DNA from: Spirochaetia bacterium
GTDB lineage: Bacteria; Spirochaetota; Spirochaetia; SZUA-6; Bin103
Direction: 5' to 3'
DNA length: 64,000 nt
NCBI GenBank assembly: GCA_965208575.1
Contig: CBDBOV010000003.1
Location: 352,001-416,000 of the forward strand
The position numbers and the translations under genes are program-made. The notes under the pieces were generated by a model. That model was not told the origin of the DNA. It made no database searches and worked only from the letters and a program-made list of their open reading frames with translations. Positions within the stretch are counted from its first letter, which is position 1. Each line of letters starts with the position of its first letter. This document shows positions 52,840-62,170 of the stretch, in pieces.

Positions 52840-54951
52840 TCACGCCGACACCCTCCCGGTTCCGATCCCGGCGTCCGCATGTCCGCCCTGCCGTTCGCGG
52901 GGGCGCCCGCCGAACAGCGTATAGCAGACCGTGCAGGCGAACACCAGCACCCCGACGATGAGCATTCCCTGCCCGTAGCCGACGAAGGTGACCACCGCGC
53001 CTACCGCCAGCGCGCCGGCCGCGGTGCCGACGCGTTCGATGGTACGGAACGCGCCGACGATCGCACCGGGTCCCAGGCCGACACTTCTGCCGTGTTCGGC
53101 GATTCTCTGCACGACCGCGAGTTGCGGGGCGGTGGTCAGCGCCTGCCCGGTGCCCAGCACGGCGGCGGCGGCCACCACCCCGGCCGTGGATCCGATTAGC
53201 GTCGGCAACAGGCACCCGACCCCGCTCATCAGGCCGCCGAAGATGATGAAGGTGCGCGGCCGTCCGCTGCGGTCGGAGCCGCTCGCGGCCAGCGGCGTAA
53301 TCGCGATGCAGGCGATGCCGAACACCATCAGCACGCGCCCGATATTCGACTGCGTGTTGCCGAGGTCGGCAAGGAACAGCGGCAGCAGGAAGAAGTACAG
53401 GCCGCTGAGGATCAGCTTGTTGGGCACCGCCGAGAACAGGGTCAGCACCACGAACTCGCGCTGCGAGAACACGCGCCGCCAACTGCGCATCGACTGCATG
53501 CGCGGACGCCTCTGCGTCTGCGAGTCCCGGTCCACCGCGATCAGCGCCGCCCCGGCGGCGAACACGGCCATCGCGGCGGCGACGAGGAGCGTGTTGCGAT
53601 AGCCGAGGCGGTCGGCGAGGATGCCGCCCATTGCCGGACCGCAGACGAATGCCGCGAAGAACGCGCCGGTGAAGCCGGTCATGCCGACGGCACGGCGCGA
53701 CGCCTCCGCGTGGTGGGCGACGTAGGTCTGGGCGGCAATGAAAATGGTTCCGTAGCCGAGGCCGGCGAGTGTCCACCACAGCAGCGCCTCGACGATGGTG
53801 GTCGACAGGGCCGCTCCGACGTGACCGGCGACCGACGGCACGATGCCCAGGATGAACAAGGAGCGGGGGCCGAACGTGTCGGTGATCGCACCGGCGATCG
53901 GCGTGGCGAGCAGCACCACCACCATGAACGTCGTGAACGGCAGGCCGATCGTGAGCTCGCGGCTCAGGTTGCCGATCGGCGTATACACGTCGCCGAAAAA
54001 CAGCGGCAGGAAGGGACGGGAGAGTTCCTGCGCGAGCATGAACAGGAACAGCGGAATGCGCACGTCCATCGGTGAGCGGGGCACGACGGTCCGTTCGAGG
54101 CCCGGAGTGGTAAAGCGGAATCGCTCCCCGAGGCCGGTCACCACGTCTCGTATGCGCTGCTGAATGGTGCGGTCGATCTGCACGGCGCGTGCGTCCTCGG
54201 CCTCCTCGGTCAACATGGCGAACGCCGTGTTGACGCGCTGCACGACCGAGTTGTAGGCCCGCGCGACGTGGCCCACTTCGTCCCGCCTGCGCAACCCGAT
54301 CCGGTACAGGAAGTCGCCCTTCGCGCCGCGCACGATGAGGCGGTCGGCCAGTCTGATGGGACCGGAAATGCGTACCACGACGAACGCCACCAGCAACTCT
54401 ATGCCGATCAGCAGGGTGACCAGGAACGCGGTCACGATATCGAACCGCAAGCCGGCCAACTCCGACCGCACGGCGCCCTCGCGCACATCGACGTGCAGGA
54501 ATCCTACCGTTTCGCCGCGCGCCACGATCGGCAACTGGAGCGAATCGGCGGCGCGTGTGGAAGCGGCCCGCGTGCCCTGCGTGTAGAGCTCGGCACCGTC
54601 GCGGTTCGACACCCCCACGTAGGTGAAGTCGGGATTGCGGGTCAGAACGCCCTGCAGGAATTCGTCCATGCCGACGAGCGCGTCCAACGGTATGCCGAGC
54701 GCGACGGCATAGCTGATCTGCTCGGTGGCGAGACCCCCGGCAACCTCGGCCTTGCGATGGATTTCGGGGAGCAGCGAGTCTTCGAAGGAAATTGCCAGGA
54801 CGTAGGAAACGACACCCTGGGCAAGGAGCAGCAGTACCGCGGTCAACGCGGCAAGGCGCAGGATCACGCCGCGGAAGAGCCGCTGTTCGTCGGCGGGCGC
54901 GCTGCGCGCTGCCTCCTCGGCGGGTCTCGGATCTATCGGGGCGTCACTCAT
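52840..54951 (-). CDS. Sensor-HAMP-MFS transporter fusion protein (703 aa)
   Basis: TM-periplasmic domain-TM, RDEVGHVARAYN (HAMP), then full MFS with GAITDTFGPR, LADRLGYR, SDRSGRPR; ATG overlaps the upstream stop. Confidence 0.85.
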   Translation of the reverse strand: MSDAPIDPRPAEEAARSAPADEQRLFRGVILRLAALTAVLLLLAQGVVSYVLAISFEDSLLPEIHRKAEVAGGLATEQISYAVALGIPLDALVGMDEFLQGVLTRNPDFTYVGVSNRDGAELYTQGTRAASTRAADSLQLPIVARGETVGFLHVDVREGAVRSELAGLRFDIVTAFLVTLLIGIELLVAFVVVRISGPIRLADRLIVRGAKGDFLYRIGLRRRDEVGHVARAYNSVVQRVNTAFAMLTEEAEDARAVQIDRTIQQRIRDVVTGLGERFRFTTPGLERTVVPRSPMDVRIPLFLFMLAQELSRPFLPLFFGDVYTPIGNLSRELTIGLPFTTFMVVVLLATPIAGAITDTFGPRSLFILGIVPSVAGHVGAALSTTIVEALLWWTLAGLGYGTIFIAAQTYVAHHAEASRRAVGMTGFTGAFFAAFVCGPAMGGILADRLGYRNTLLVAAAMAVFAAGAALIAVDRDSQTQRRPRMQSMRSWRRVFSQREFVVLTLFSAVPNKLILSGLYFFLLPLFLADLGNTQSNIGRVLMVFGIACIAITPLAASGSDRSGRPRTFIIFGGLMSGVGCLLPTLIGSTAGVVAAAAVLGTGQALTTAPQLAVVQRIAEHGRSVGLGPGAIVGAFRTIERVGTAAGALAVGAVVTFVGYGQGMLIVGVLVFACTVCYTLFGGRPRERQGGHADAGIGTGRVSA

Positions 54952-55772
54952 GAGTCGGCGAGGTCGCTCCGTGGTAGCGAAGGCGACGAAGATCGATTGG
55001 TGACCACGCGCGAGGCGTGCGGCTCGGCCTCGATGCGGCGGATTTCCCTGGTGGCCTGAACGACCGCCTCGCACGCCTCGTCGGCGGTCCGGGCAAGGTC
55101 CGCCGCCGACGGATCGTGCCCCGCCTCGCGCTCCTTCCCCGAATCTTCGAGGGTGACCCGAATCAACTGCAGGCGCTTGCGCAGCCGGCTGGTCAGGATC
55201 ACGGCCAGTACCGTGCCGGTGAGTGAGACCAGCACCACGGTGGCGGCGCACAGTCCGGCGATGCGCACCGCCATGGTGCGCACCTCGCGGTCGAACGCGT
55301 CGCGCGAATAGCGCAGCGCAAGCGCGCCGACCGCACGCCCGAGAACGTCGTGCACCCGCACGCCGACGACGTGGGCGTCGTGTTCTATCCGGGTCCACAC
55401 CGGCTGATCGGGACCCTTCCACGCGGCCGCCCATTCCGTCGATACCAGGTCGCCGCGCAGGCTCTCGTCGGAGCTGTACAGCACCGTGCCCTGTTCGTCG
55501 AACATCTCGATCGACAGTACTCCCGGATCGCGCAGCGTGCGTGCCTGCAGATCCGCGTTGACCCCCGGCAGCGAGTCGACGGCGAGGCCGAGAGACAGCG
55601 AAGCCTCGATGGAGTGGCCGACGTCCTGCAGGACCAGCGCGTGCCGGTCGCGCAGCAGGTCGGACAGGTACTTGCGGTACTTGTAGTGGTTCATCAGCCC
55701 GGTCAGGGATACCGCGAGCGTGAGGATGAGAAAGATGTTGACCGACACGCGGGCCGGGAGATTGAGCAGCAT
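54948..55772 (-). CDS. Membrane protein with Cache-like periplasmic domain and no output domain
   Basis: Two TM segments flanking a domain similar to the N-terminus of the downstream MFS fusion. Confidence 0.75.
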   Translation of the reverse strand: MLLNLPARVSVNIFLILTLAVSLTGLMNHYKYRKYLSDLLRDRHALVLQDVGHSIEASLSLGLAVDSLPGVNADLQARTLRDPGVLSIEMFDEQGTVLYSSDESLRGDLVSTEWAAAWKGPDQPVWTRIEHDAHVVGVRVHDVLGRAVGALALRYSRDAFDREVRTMAVRIAGLCAATVVLVSLTGTVLAVILTSRLRKRLQLIRVTLEDSGKEREAGHDPSAADLARTADEACEAVVQATREIRRIEAEPHASRVVTNRSSSPSLPRSDLADS

Positions 55773-55821
55773 CTACCTTGAATTCCGCCGCTGACAGGGT
55801 ATCACGGAGGGGCCGACCCGC

Positions 55822-57216
55822 TCACTCCTCGTCGTCCTCTTCCGGCATCAGCACGAACTCGGGATAGGCGTCGATCTTCAACTCTGCCGTGTCCTGACCC
55901 ATGCGCTCCACGTTCTTCGTGACGCGCACCGTGAGCAGTACGTCGATCAGCTTCCAGGCCGCGTACGACAGCACGAATACGAAGGCGCCGACCGCCAGTA
56001 CCCCGACGAGTTGCACGCCGAAGTTGCCGCCGGCGGCGATGCACACCGCCAGGGTGCCCCAGACGCCGCAGATCAGGTGGGCGGGTACGGCTCCCACCAC
56101 ATCGTCGATCTTCATCTTCTCCAGCGTCTTGATGCCCAGGGTGCAGAGGAAGCCGCCCACGGCGCCGATGATCACCGACCACAGGTGCTGCGTGATGTCG
56201 GGGCCCGCCGTGATCGAAACCAGCCCCGCTATGGCGCCGTTGAGCGCGGCGAACATGTCGGTGCGGCCGAGCAGCCAGCGGGAGCAGGCGAGCGCGGTGA
56301 TCACGCCGGCGGCGGCGGCCAGGTTGGTGTTCACCATCACGTTGCTCATCGCCACCGCGTCGAGGGCGGAGCCGAGGGCGAGTTGCGAGCCGCCGTTGAA
56401 TCCGAACCAGCCGAGCCACAGGATGAACACCCCGAGCGTGACCAGTACGACGTTGGAGGGCGGCGTGGCGCGGACGGAGCCGTCCTTGCGGAACTTGCCG
56501 AGCCGCGGGCCGACCACCAGCACGCCGGCCAGTGCTGCCCAGCCGCCGGTGCCGTGCACGATGGTGGAACCGGCGAAGTCCTGGAAGCCCATGCCGGCGA
56601 GCCAGCCGCCGCCCCAGGTCCACGCCCCGACCACCGGATAGATGATCGCGGTCAGGATCGCGGTGAACACGAAGAACGACCACATCTTGACCCGCTCCGC
56701 GAGGGCGCCCGAGACGATCGACGCGGCGGTGGCCACGAACACCATCTGGAAGAACCAGTCCGACATGACCGCGTAGCCGCTCTCGACCACCGACGCGGTC
56801 GCCGCGGCCGCCGCCGCCGCATCGTCGCCGAGCAACGCCAGCTCGGCGGCTGACGGGCCGTACAGCAGCTTGAACTTGCCGATGAAGCCGCCCACGTCGA
56901 CGTACATCAGGTTGTAGCCGATCAGGTAGTACGCCAGCCCGGCGATCGAGTACAGGCCGATGTTCTTCAGGCAGATGACGGAGGCGTTCTTGGTGCGCAC
57001 CGAGCCTGCCTCCAGCATCGTGAAACCGGCGGCCATCCACATGACCAGCGCGCCCCACACCAGGAACGAAAAGGTGTTGAACACGAACAGCGTTTCCTCG
57101 TCCACCGCCGCGTACGCGAGCGATGCGCCGCCGAACAGCAGGCCAAGCACCAGCAGTGCCCGCGGTGCCGAAGTCCCGAGGCGGCCGGAAAGCAGGTCAC
57201 CAAGGCGTCGAATCAT
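55822..57216 (-). CDS. amtB: Ammonium transporter
   Basis: FFQMVF, IVSGALAER, DFAGSTIVH, WFGFNGGS, IDDVVGAVPAH; both pore His present; AGAGGAG RBS. Confidence 0.95.
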   Translation of the reverse strand: MIRRLGDLLSGRLGTSAPRALLVLGLLFGGASLAYAAVDEETLFVFNTFSFLVWGALVMWMAAGFTMLEAGSVRTKNASVICLKNIGLYSIAGLAYYLIGYNLMYVDVGGFIGKFKLLYGPSAAELALLGDDAAAAAAATASVVESGYAVMSDWFFQMVFVATAASIVSGALAERVKMWSFFVFTAILTAIIYPVVGAWTWGGGWLAGMGFQDFAGSTIVHGTGGWAALAGVLVVGPRLGKFRKDGSVRATPPSNVVLVTLGVFILWLGWFGFNGGSQLALGSALDAVAMSNVMVNTNLAAAAGVITALACSRWLLGRTDMFAALNGAIAGLVSITAGPDITQHLWSVIIGAVGGFLCTLGIKTLEKMKIDDVVGAVPAHLICGVWGTLAVCIAAGGNFGVQLVGVLAVGAFVFVLSYAAWKLIDVLLTVRVTKNVERMGQDTAELKIDAYPEFVLMPEEDDEE

Positions 57217-57504
57217 AGTTGTCCATTCTCCTCTATGCGCTACCATGGCGGGGCTTCCGACGAAGGTGGCCGGAGTGGGCCCACCCTCGCAAGGGGTGCG
57301 CGGTCGCAGCGCATGACAGCGACTTCAAGAAGCTCCGGGAGCATACTGTAGAACAGAACGTCCTGTTGATCTACCCGACGCATTGACTCATCGAAAATCT
57401 AACCGTAGCGAAAGCATGCCTCATCTAAAAATCTAACCGAACGGGCTGGACCTTCCGGGTCCGGTTGGAGCCTCTCCGAGGGACGTGAGGAGGTTCCGGA
57501 GGAG

Positions 57505-58779
57505 ATGGGGTTGAAGATGAGTTCAAGGCGAGAGCTCACCGAGCAGCACGCGCAGCGGTATCGTCGGGCGGGCAAGAAGGAGAAGGGGCGCATACTCGAC
57601 GAGTTCGTCGAGTCGACCGGGTACCAGCGCAAGTACGCGATCCATCTGTTGACCTGGTGGGGACGGACCCGCATGGTGCGAGTCGACGGCACACTGGTGA
57701 AGCTGGTGGTCGGGCGTCCGCGGCCTGCCCAGCGCCGCGTGCGACCGCGGCGCTACGACCAGGAGGTGCTGGTCGCTCTGAAGCTGATCTGGTACGTGTT
57801 CGACTGCATGTGCGGCAAGCGCCTGGTGGTCGTGCTGCGCACCATGCTGCCGACGCTGGAGTCGTTCGGCGAGATCGAGCTGACCGCAGCGGTGCGCGGC
57901 AAGCTGCAGACCATCAGCGCCGCGACCATCGACCGGCTGCTGCAGCAGGAGCGCGCACGGCTGCGCCTGAAGGGTCGCACGCACACCAAGCCGGGCACCC
58001 TCCTGAAGGATCAGATCGCGATCCGAACCTTCGCTGACTGGGACGAGCAGGAGCCGGGCTTCTTCGAGATCGACTTGGTGGGCCATGAAGGCGGCAACGC
58101 GTCAGGCGACTTCTGCCACACGCTCACCATCACCGACGTTGACACCGGCTGGGTCGACCTGTACGGCGTGCAGAACAAGGCGCAGCGCTGGACCCACGAG
58201 GCGATCGACGCTGCCCGGCAGAGCCTGCCGATCGTGATGCGGGGGATCGACACCGACAACGGCAGCGAGTTCATCAATCATCATTTGCTGCGCTATTGCG
58301 AAGCGCACGGCATCACGTTCACTCGGGGTCGCCCGCATCGCAAGAACGACACCTGCTACGTCGAGCAGAAGAATGGCCACGTGGTGCGACGGGCGGTCGG
58401 CCACCTGCGTTACGACACCGACCGGGAACTGGCTGCCCTCAACGCGATATACCGCCCGCTGTGCCTGCTGGTGAACTTCTTCTATCCCTCGGTGAAGCTG
58501 GTGAAGAAAACCCGCACCGGCAGCAAGGTGCGCCGCATCTATGACGACCCGCAGACGCCGTATCACCGCATGCTGGCCTCCGAGTCGGTGAGCGAGAAGG
58601 TGAAGAACCGCCTCAAGCAGCAGTACGCGACGTTGAATCCGGTCGCCCTCAAGCGCGAGCTGACCAGGTTGACCGAGGATCTGCTGCAGCTGAACGTCAG
58701 CAAGACCGCCAAGGCCGCACCAAGCACGGTGCAAACACCGAGCGAGGAGCGTGGTGGCAGCGGTCGCACGGCAAAATGA
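57505..58779 (+). CDS. Integrase-core (rve) DDE transposase, ISNCY-like
   Basis: RYRRAGKKEKGRILDEF, FEIDLVGH, IDTDNGSEFIN, KNDTCYVEQKN, TPYHR. Confidence 0.9.
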   Translation: MGLKMSSRRELTEQHAQRYRRAGKKEKGRILDEFVESTGYQRKYAIHLLTWWGRTRMVRVDGTLVKLVVGRPRPAQRRVRPRRYDQEVLVALKLIWYVFDCMCGKRLVVVLRTMLPTLESFGEIELTAAVRGKLQTISAATIDRLLQQERARLRLKGRTHTKPGTLLKDQIAIRTFADWDEQEPGFFEIDLVGHEGGNASGDFCHTLTITDVDTGWVDLYGVQNKAQRWTHEAIDAARQSLPIVMRGIDTDNGSEFINHHLLRYCEAHGITFTRGRPHRKNDTCYVEQKNGHVVRRAVGHLRYDTDRELAALNAIYRPLCLLVNFFYPSVKLVKKTRTGSKVRRIYDDPQTPYHRMLASESVSEKVKNRLKQQYATLNPVALKRELTRLTEDLLQLNVSKTAKAAPSTVQTPSEERGGSGRTAK

Positions 58780-58903
58780 CCCTCTCAGGCGGGTCTGACG
58801 GTCGATAATCGGAGAATGGGCGGTCAGCGATGAGAAAACGTCGCCTCAGCCGCGCTGTAAGGCCCCTCCACGACACGAGGTGGTGTCTGGATACCCCCGT
58901 GTC
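58769..58903 (+). repeat. Structured direct repeat, copy 1
   Basis: 64-bp core 58840-58903 matches 60812-60875 at 60/64 positions; upstream part diverged. Confidence 0.85.
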
Positions 58904-58921
58904 TATGCATAACCATGCAAT

Positions 58922-60595
58922 TCAGTGCAACTTTATCCGCGACCGTAAGCCGGGTGGCGGAGTCCCGGTGCCGTCCCTGCAGTGCCTCGGCGAGGCGATT
59001 GCGGACCGCTGCCAGCCGGCTGCGTACCCGCCTGATGCTCTTTTCCAGGGCCCGGCGCACCGGTTCACGACCCGTGCGTCGGGCTCCGGCGGCGCAAGGT
59101 CATGGCTCGGCAGCGCGTCAAGGTTGAACTGCTCGCGCAGGTACTTGAAGAAGTTCTCCTGCGACCAGCGCGAGAACATGGCGCCGGCGACCTGCGCCAA
59201 CGGCATCTGCGGGTGCGTGGTGATCACCGCCACCTGACGACCGTTGGCCAGACGCCGCCGGATCTGGCGCACCACCAGCCCGTTGCGCAGCATGATCGGC
59301 TGCTCGGCCAGATCAACCGCAGTCGTGCTGGTGCCGGCGGGACCATGGATCGGTACCTCGAAGGTGTGGAAGTCTTCCGGCAGCCAGTCCGCGCCGTTGA
59401 AGTTCTTGTGCCAGGTGATGCAGGCGATGCCACGCCGGGCCAGGCGCTTGAACAGGTCCGGGCTCCAGCCCTCGCGGTCGAACACCAGGGTCAGCTGCGG
59501 GGTACCGGCCGGTGCTCCGGTCAGGTCGGGGGCCGCTTCGGTCACCACCCCCAGGTGCTGCAACTGCGGCACCACGTCGTGCTTGATCGCATTCACCGGC
59601 TTCGGGTCCAGCGCCTTGTGCAGGCACAGCAGCGGTGCGCCGCCGAGGGCGTTGATCCAGTAGCTCACCGACGCCGGCAGACACAGCTTCTGGCGTGCGA
59701 CGAAGTGTTTCGGCAACCGCCCGTTGCGCCCGGTGTACACCTTCACGTGGCCATCCACGGCCAGCGTCGTCCAGTCGTCGTCGTGCTCGCTGGCCCAGGT
59801 ACGCGCCAGTACCGATTGCCAATCGCGCACGGTGTGCTCGGCGCTGGCCAGCAGCCTGATCTTGCGGCGCAGCGTCTTGGTCTCCGGACAGCGGTCGAGG
59901 CCGAGGATGGCGCCCCACTCGCCGGGTGCCTGGTAGCGCAGGCTCTCGGGGTTGCGCACCCGGGCCAGGGTCATGCAGGCGACGAACAGGAGGATGGTGG
60001 TCAGGCCGTAGAATCCGGCCGGCAGGCGGAACAGGCGGTTGGCGGCGGTGAGCAGGCCCTCGCGCAGCAGCATCGCCAGTGCGGCCAGCACGCCGCCGCC
60101 AGCGACCGCGTGGGCGGGCTCGACGAACGCTGGTGTGGCCTCGGTCAGCAGGCCGGCTCTGGCGAGCGTGCGGCGTTCCACGTCGCGCGCCGCGCGGCCC
60201 ATGGGCGCGTGCTTGTCGCGGGCGTCGCGGCTGGCGCGCTCAGTGGCGACCGCCGGGTCGCTGACCGCGGCGGCGGTGCTGACCGGGTGATCAGTGGTGG
60301 TGGCCGCCGGCGCAACCTCGGCGCTGGCGGCGGGCTCCCGGGTGGGATCTGTGATGACGCCGGCGCGGCGGTTCTCGTTGAAGGTGCTCACCGGGATGCC
60401 GAGTTCGCGAGCGCAGGCTGAGCCGCTCATCCCGGAAGCGAGCAGCTTGGCTGCCTGGTCCGCCATCTCGGCGTCGTCCACGGTGGCCTCCACGGCACCG
60501 CGCCGGCTGACTCCGGTCGGGCTACGCCCTCCGTCCGTCAGCGGGGTACAGCATCTCCTCCGCCCCGTTCGATCCCGACGGCTCCGGTGTCGCAA
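58922..60595 (-). pseudogene. Truncated, frameshifted fragment of an unclassified large DDE transposase
   Basis: LGLDRCPETKTLRRK, VDGHVKVY, VFDREGWS, RWSQENFFK; frameshift near 59062 into VRRALEKSIRR; N- and C-termini appear missing. Confidence 0.75.
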
Positions 60596-60743
60596 CCTCG
60601 TCGCCTACCCCGTCCCGGCGGTGGGGAATTGTCATGACCCTGCCCCGGGCAACGCACCTCGGTGCAGTTGTCCGGGGCGCCTCGCTCCGTGCGCTCCGCA
60701 GCAACCTGCGCGCCGATCGCGGCGTGGGCGGCATCACCCGGCT

Positions 60744-60875
60744 CGGCAAATGACTTCTGAGCGTCTCTGACGCCCGTATATCCGTGAGCCAGACGGTCGG
60801 CGTCAAGAAATGTCGCCTCAGCCGCGCTGTAAGGCCTCTCCGCGACACGAGGTGGTGTCTGGACATCCCCGTGTC
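60744..60875 (+). repeat. Structured direct repeat, copy 2
   Basis: Matches copy 1 at 58769-58903. Confidence 0.85.
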
Positions 60876-61357
60876 ACCAGCACCGAAGTCGCCTCCAGAC
60901 CCGTCCGCCCCCTCTTCGGTCAGCGACACGACACGGCACCGACCACCTCCCTGCCGTTGACGCCTCCTCATCCGCGCCGACCAACCAGATACGCCCCCGG
61001 TCGCGTTGGTGTGCTTGAATCAACCCGGCCGGTCGCCCAGCAGCCTATCCACTTATCCACAATTTATGAGTCTCCCCCCTCGCGCTCCCCCCTCGTTCTC
61101 CGCCTCCCTTTCGGTTAGATTCTTACGTGAGGCACGCTCACCGTAAGGTTAGATTTTTACGTGAGGCAATAGGCCCGACGCCGCACGAGTAGCACGAGTG
61201 GTATTCGCGCTGCCGGCGGAGGATCCGCTCGGACCCGGTGGCCGTTGCACGGCGAGGTGGCTTGCGCGATGATTCAGGCAATGACTAGCGATATGTCCTG
61301 GATACAGTGGCCGGCGTGGTTCGCGGGTTTTGTGGGATGGCGTGCCCACCTCCGGGG

Positions 61358-62071
61358 ATGAAGGTTACGATCATCGTGGCCCTGCGGGAGGAGTTGGACG
61401 CCTTCCGGCGCGCGCACGAACTCGCTCCGGTGCCGCCGCGGGGACCGTTCGCGGCGTTTCGGTGGCGGCACGCCGCCGCCGACGTGACGGTGCTGCACTC
61501 CGGTGCCGGCAAGGTTAGCGCCGCCATGGCTGCTCAGTACGCGGTCGATCACTTCCGGCCGGACTACCTGATCGCGACCGGGATCGCCGGCGCGCTCAGC
61601 GGCCGGCTTGAGTTGGGCGACGTGGTGGTGAGCCGCGACTGTGTGCAGCACGACCTGGACGTGTCCGCGCTCGGCGTCCCGGTGGGGCAGGTGCCCCGTA
61701 CCGGGCATCGGTTCGTGGCCGCCGACCCGAGGCTGATCGCGCTGGCGACGGCAACGGAGGTGCCCGGGCAGAACGTGGTAGCGGGACGGATCCTGACCGG
61801 TGACCAGTTCGTCGCCGCCGCTGCCACCGGGCGCGAGCGGCTGCGCGGTCTGAACGGCGCCGCCGTGGAGATGGAGGGCGCGGCGGTTGCCCTGGTGGCG
61901 GCGGTGAACCGGATCCCGTTTGTGATAGTCCGTGCGGTTGCGAACCACGCCGACGGCGCCGCGCCGGCGGAATTCGGCGCCTGTCTGCGGCGTGCCGCGG
62001 CCAACTCCTGCACCGTGTGTGCCGGCATCCTGCGCGGTCTTGCCGCCGACCCGGACCGCGGTCCCGGCTGA
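61358..62071 (+). CDS. mtnN: MTA/SAH nucleosidase-like purine nucleosidase
   Basis: SGAGKVSAA, TGIAGAL, VQHDLD, LTGDQFV, VEMEGAAVA; RAVAN in place of the usual RAISD. Confidence 0.8.
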   Translation: MKVTIIVALREELDAFRRAHELAPVPPRGPFAAFRWRHAAADVTVLHSGAGKVSAAMAAQYAVDHFRPDYLIATGIAGALSGRLELGDVVVSRDCVQHDLDVSALGVPVGQVPRTGHRFVAADPRLIALATATEVPGQNVVAGRILTGDQFVAAAATGRERLRGLNGAAVEMEGAAVALVAAVNRIPFVIVRAVANHADGAAPAEFGACLRRAAANSCTVCAGILRGLAADPDRGPG

Positions 62072-62170
62072 TCCGGCTCGATCCGCTCGGTGACGCCGGT
62101 CGGCGGAGCCGCCGAGCGCCTGCGTGTCGCGGCCGGTCGCGGCCACTTGCACGGTCGCACCGCCGCCGCG

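Larger units (their letters stand above)
57379..61173 (+). mobile_element. ISNCY/rve-type transposable element with cargo, 3795 bp
   Basis: Two copies per end of a TG(A/C)CTCA-N-AATCTAACC motif, inverted between ends (57382-57405, 57416-57440; 61111-61134, 61147-61170); 5-bp duplication CCCGA at 57374-57378 and 61174-61178. Confidence 0.8.

Noticed and set aside
58769-60875. CRISPR repeat-spacer unit or canonical integron attC cassette
   Set aside because: Only two repeats, 1.8 kb apart; no RYYYAAC/GTTRRRY boxes, tyrosine integrase or cas gene.
61045-61061. Chromosomal oriC (DnaA box, mnmG in the window)
   Set aside because: Single perfect box inside a mobile element, no box cluster or A/T-rich unwinding region, no dnaA.
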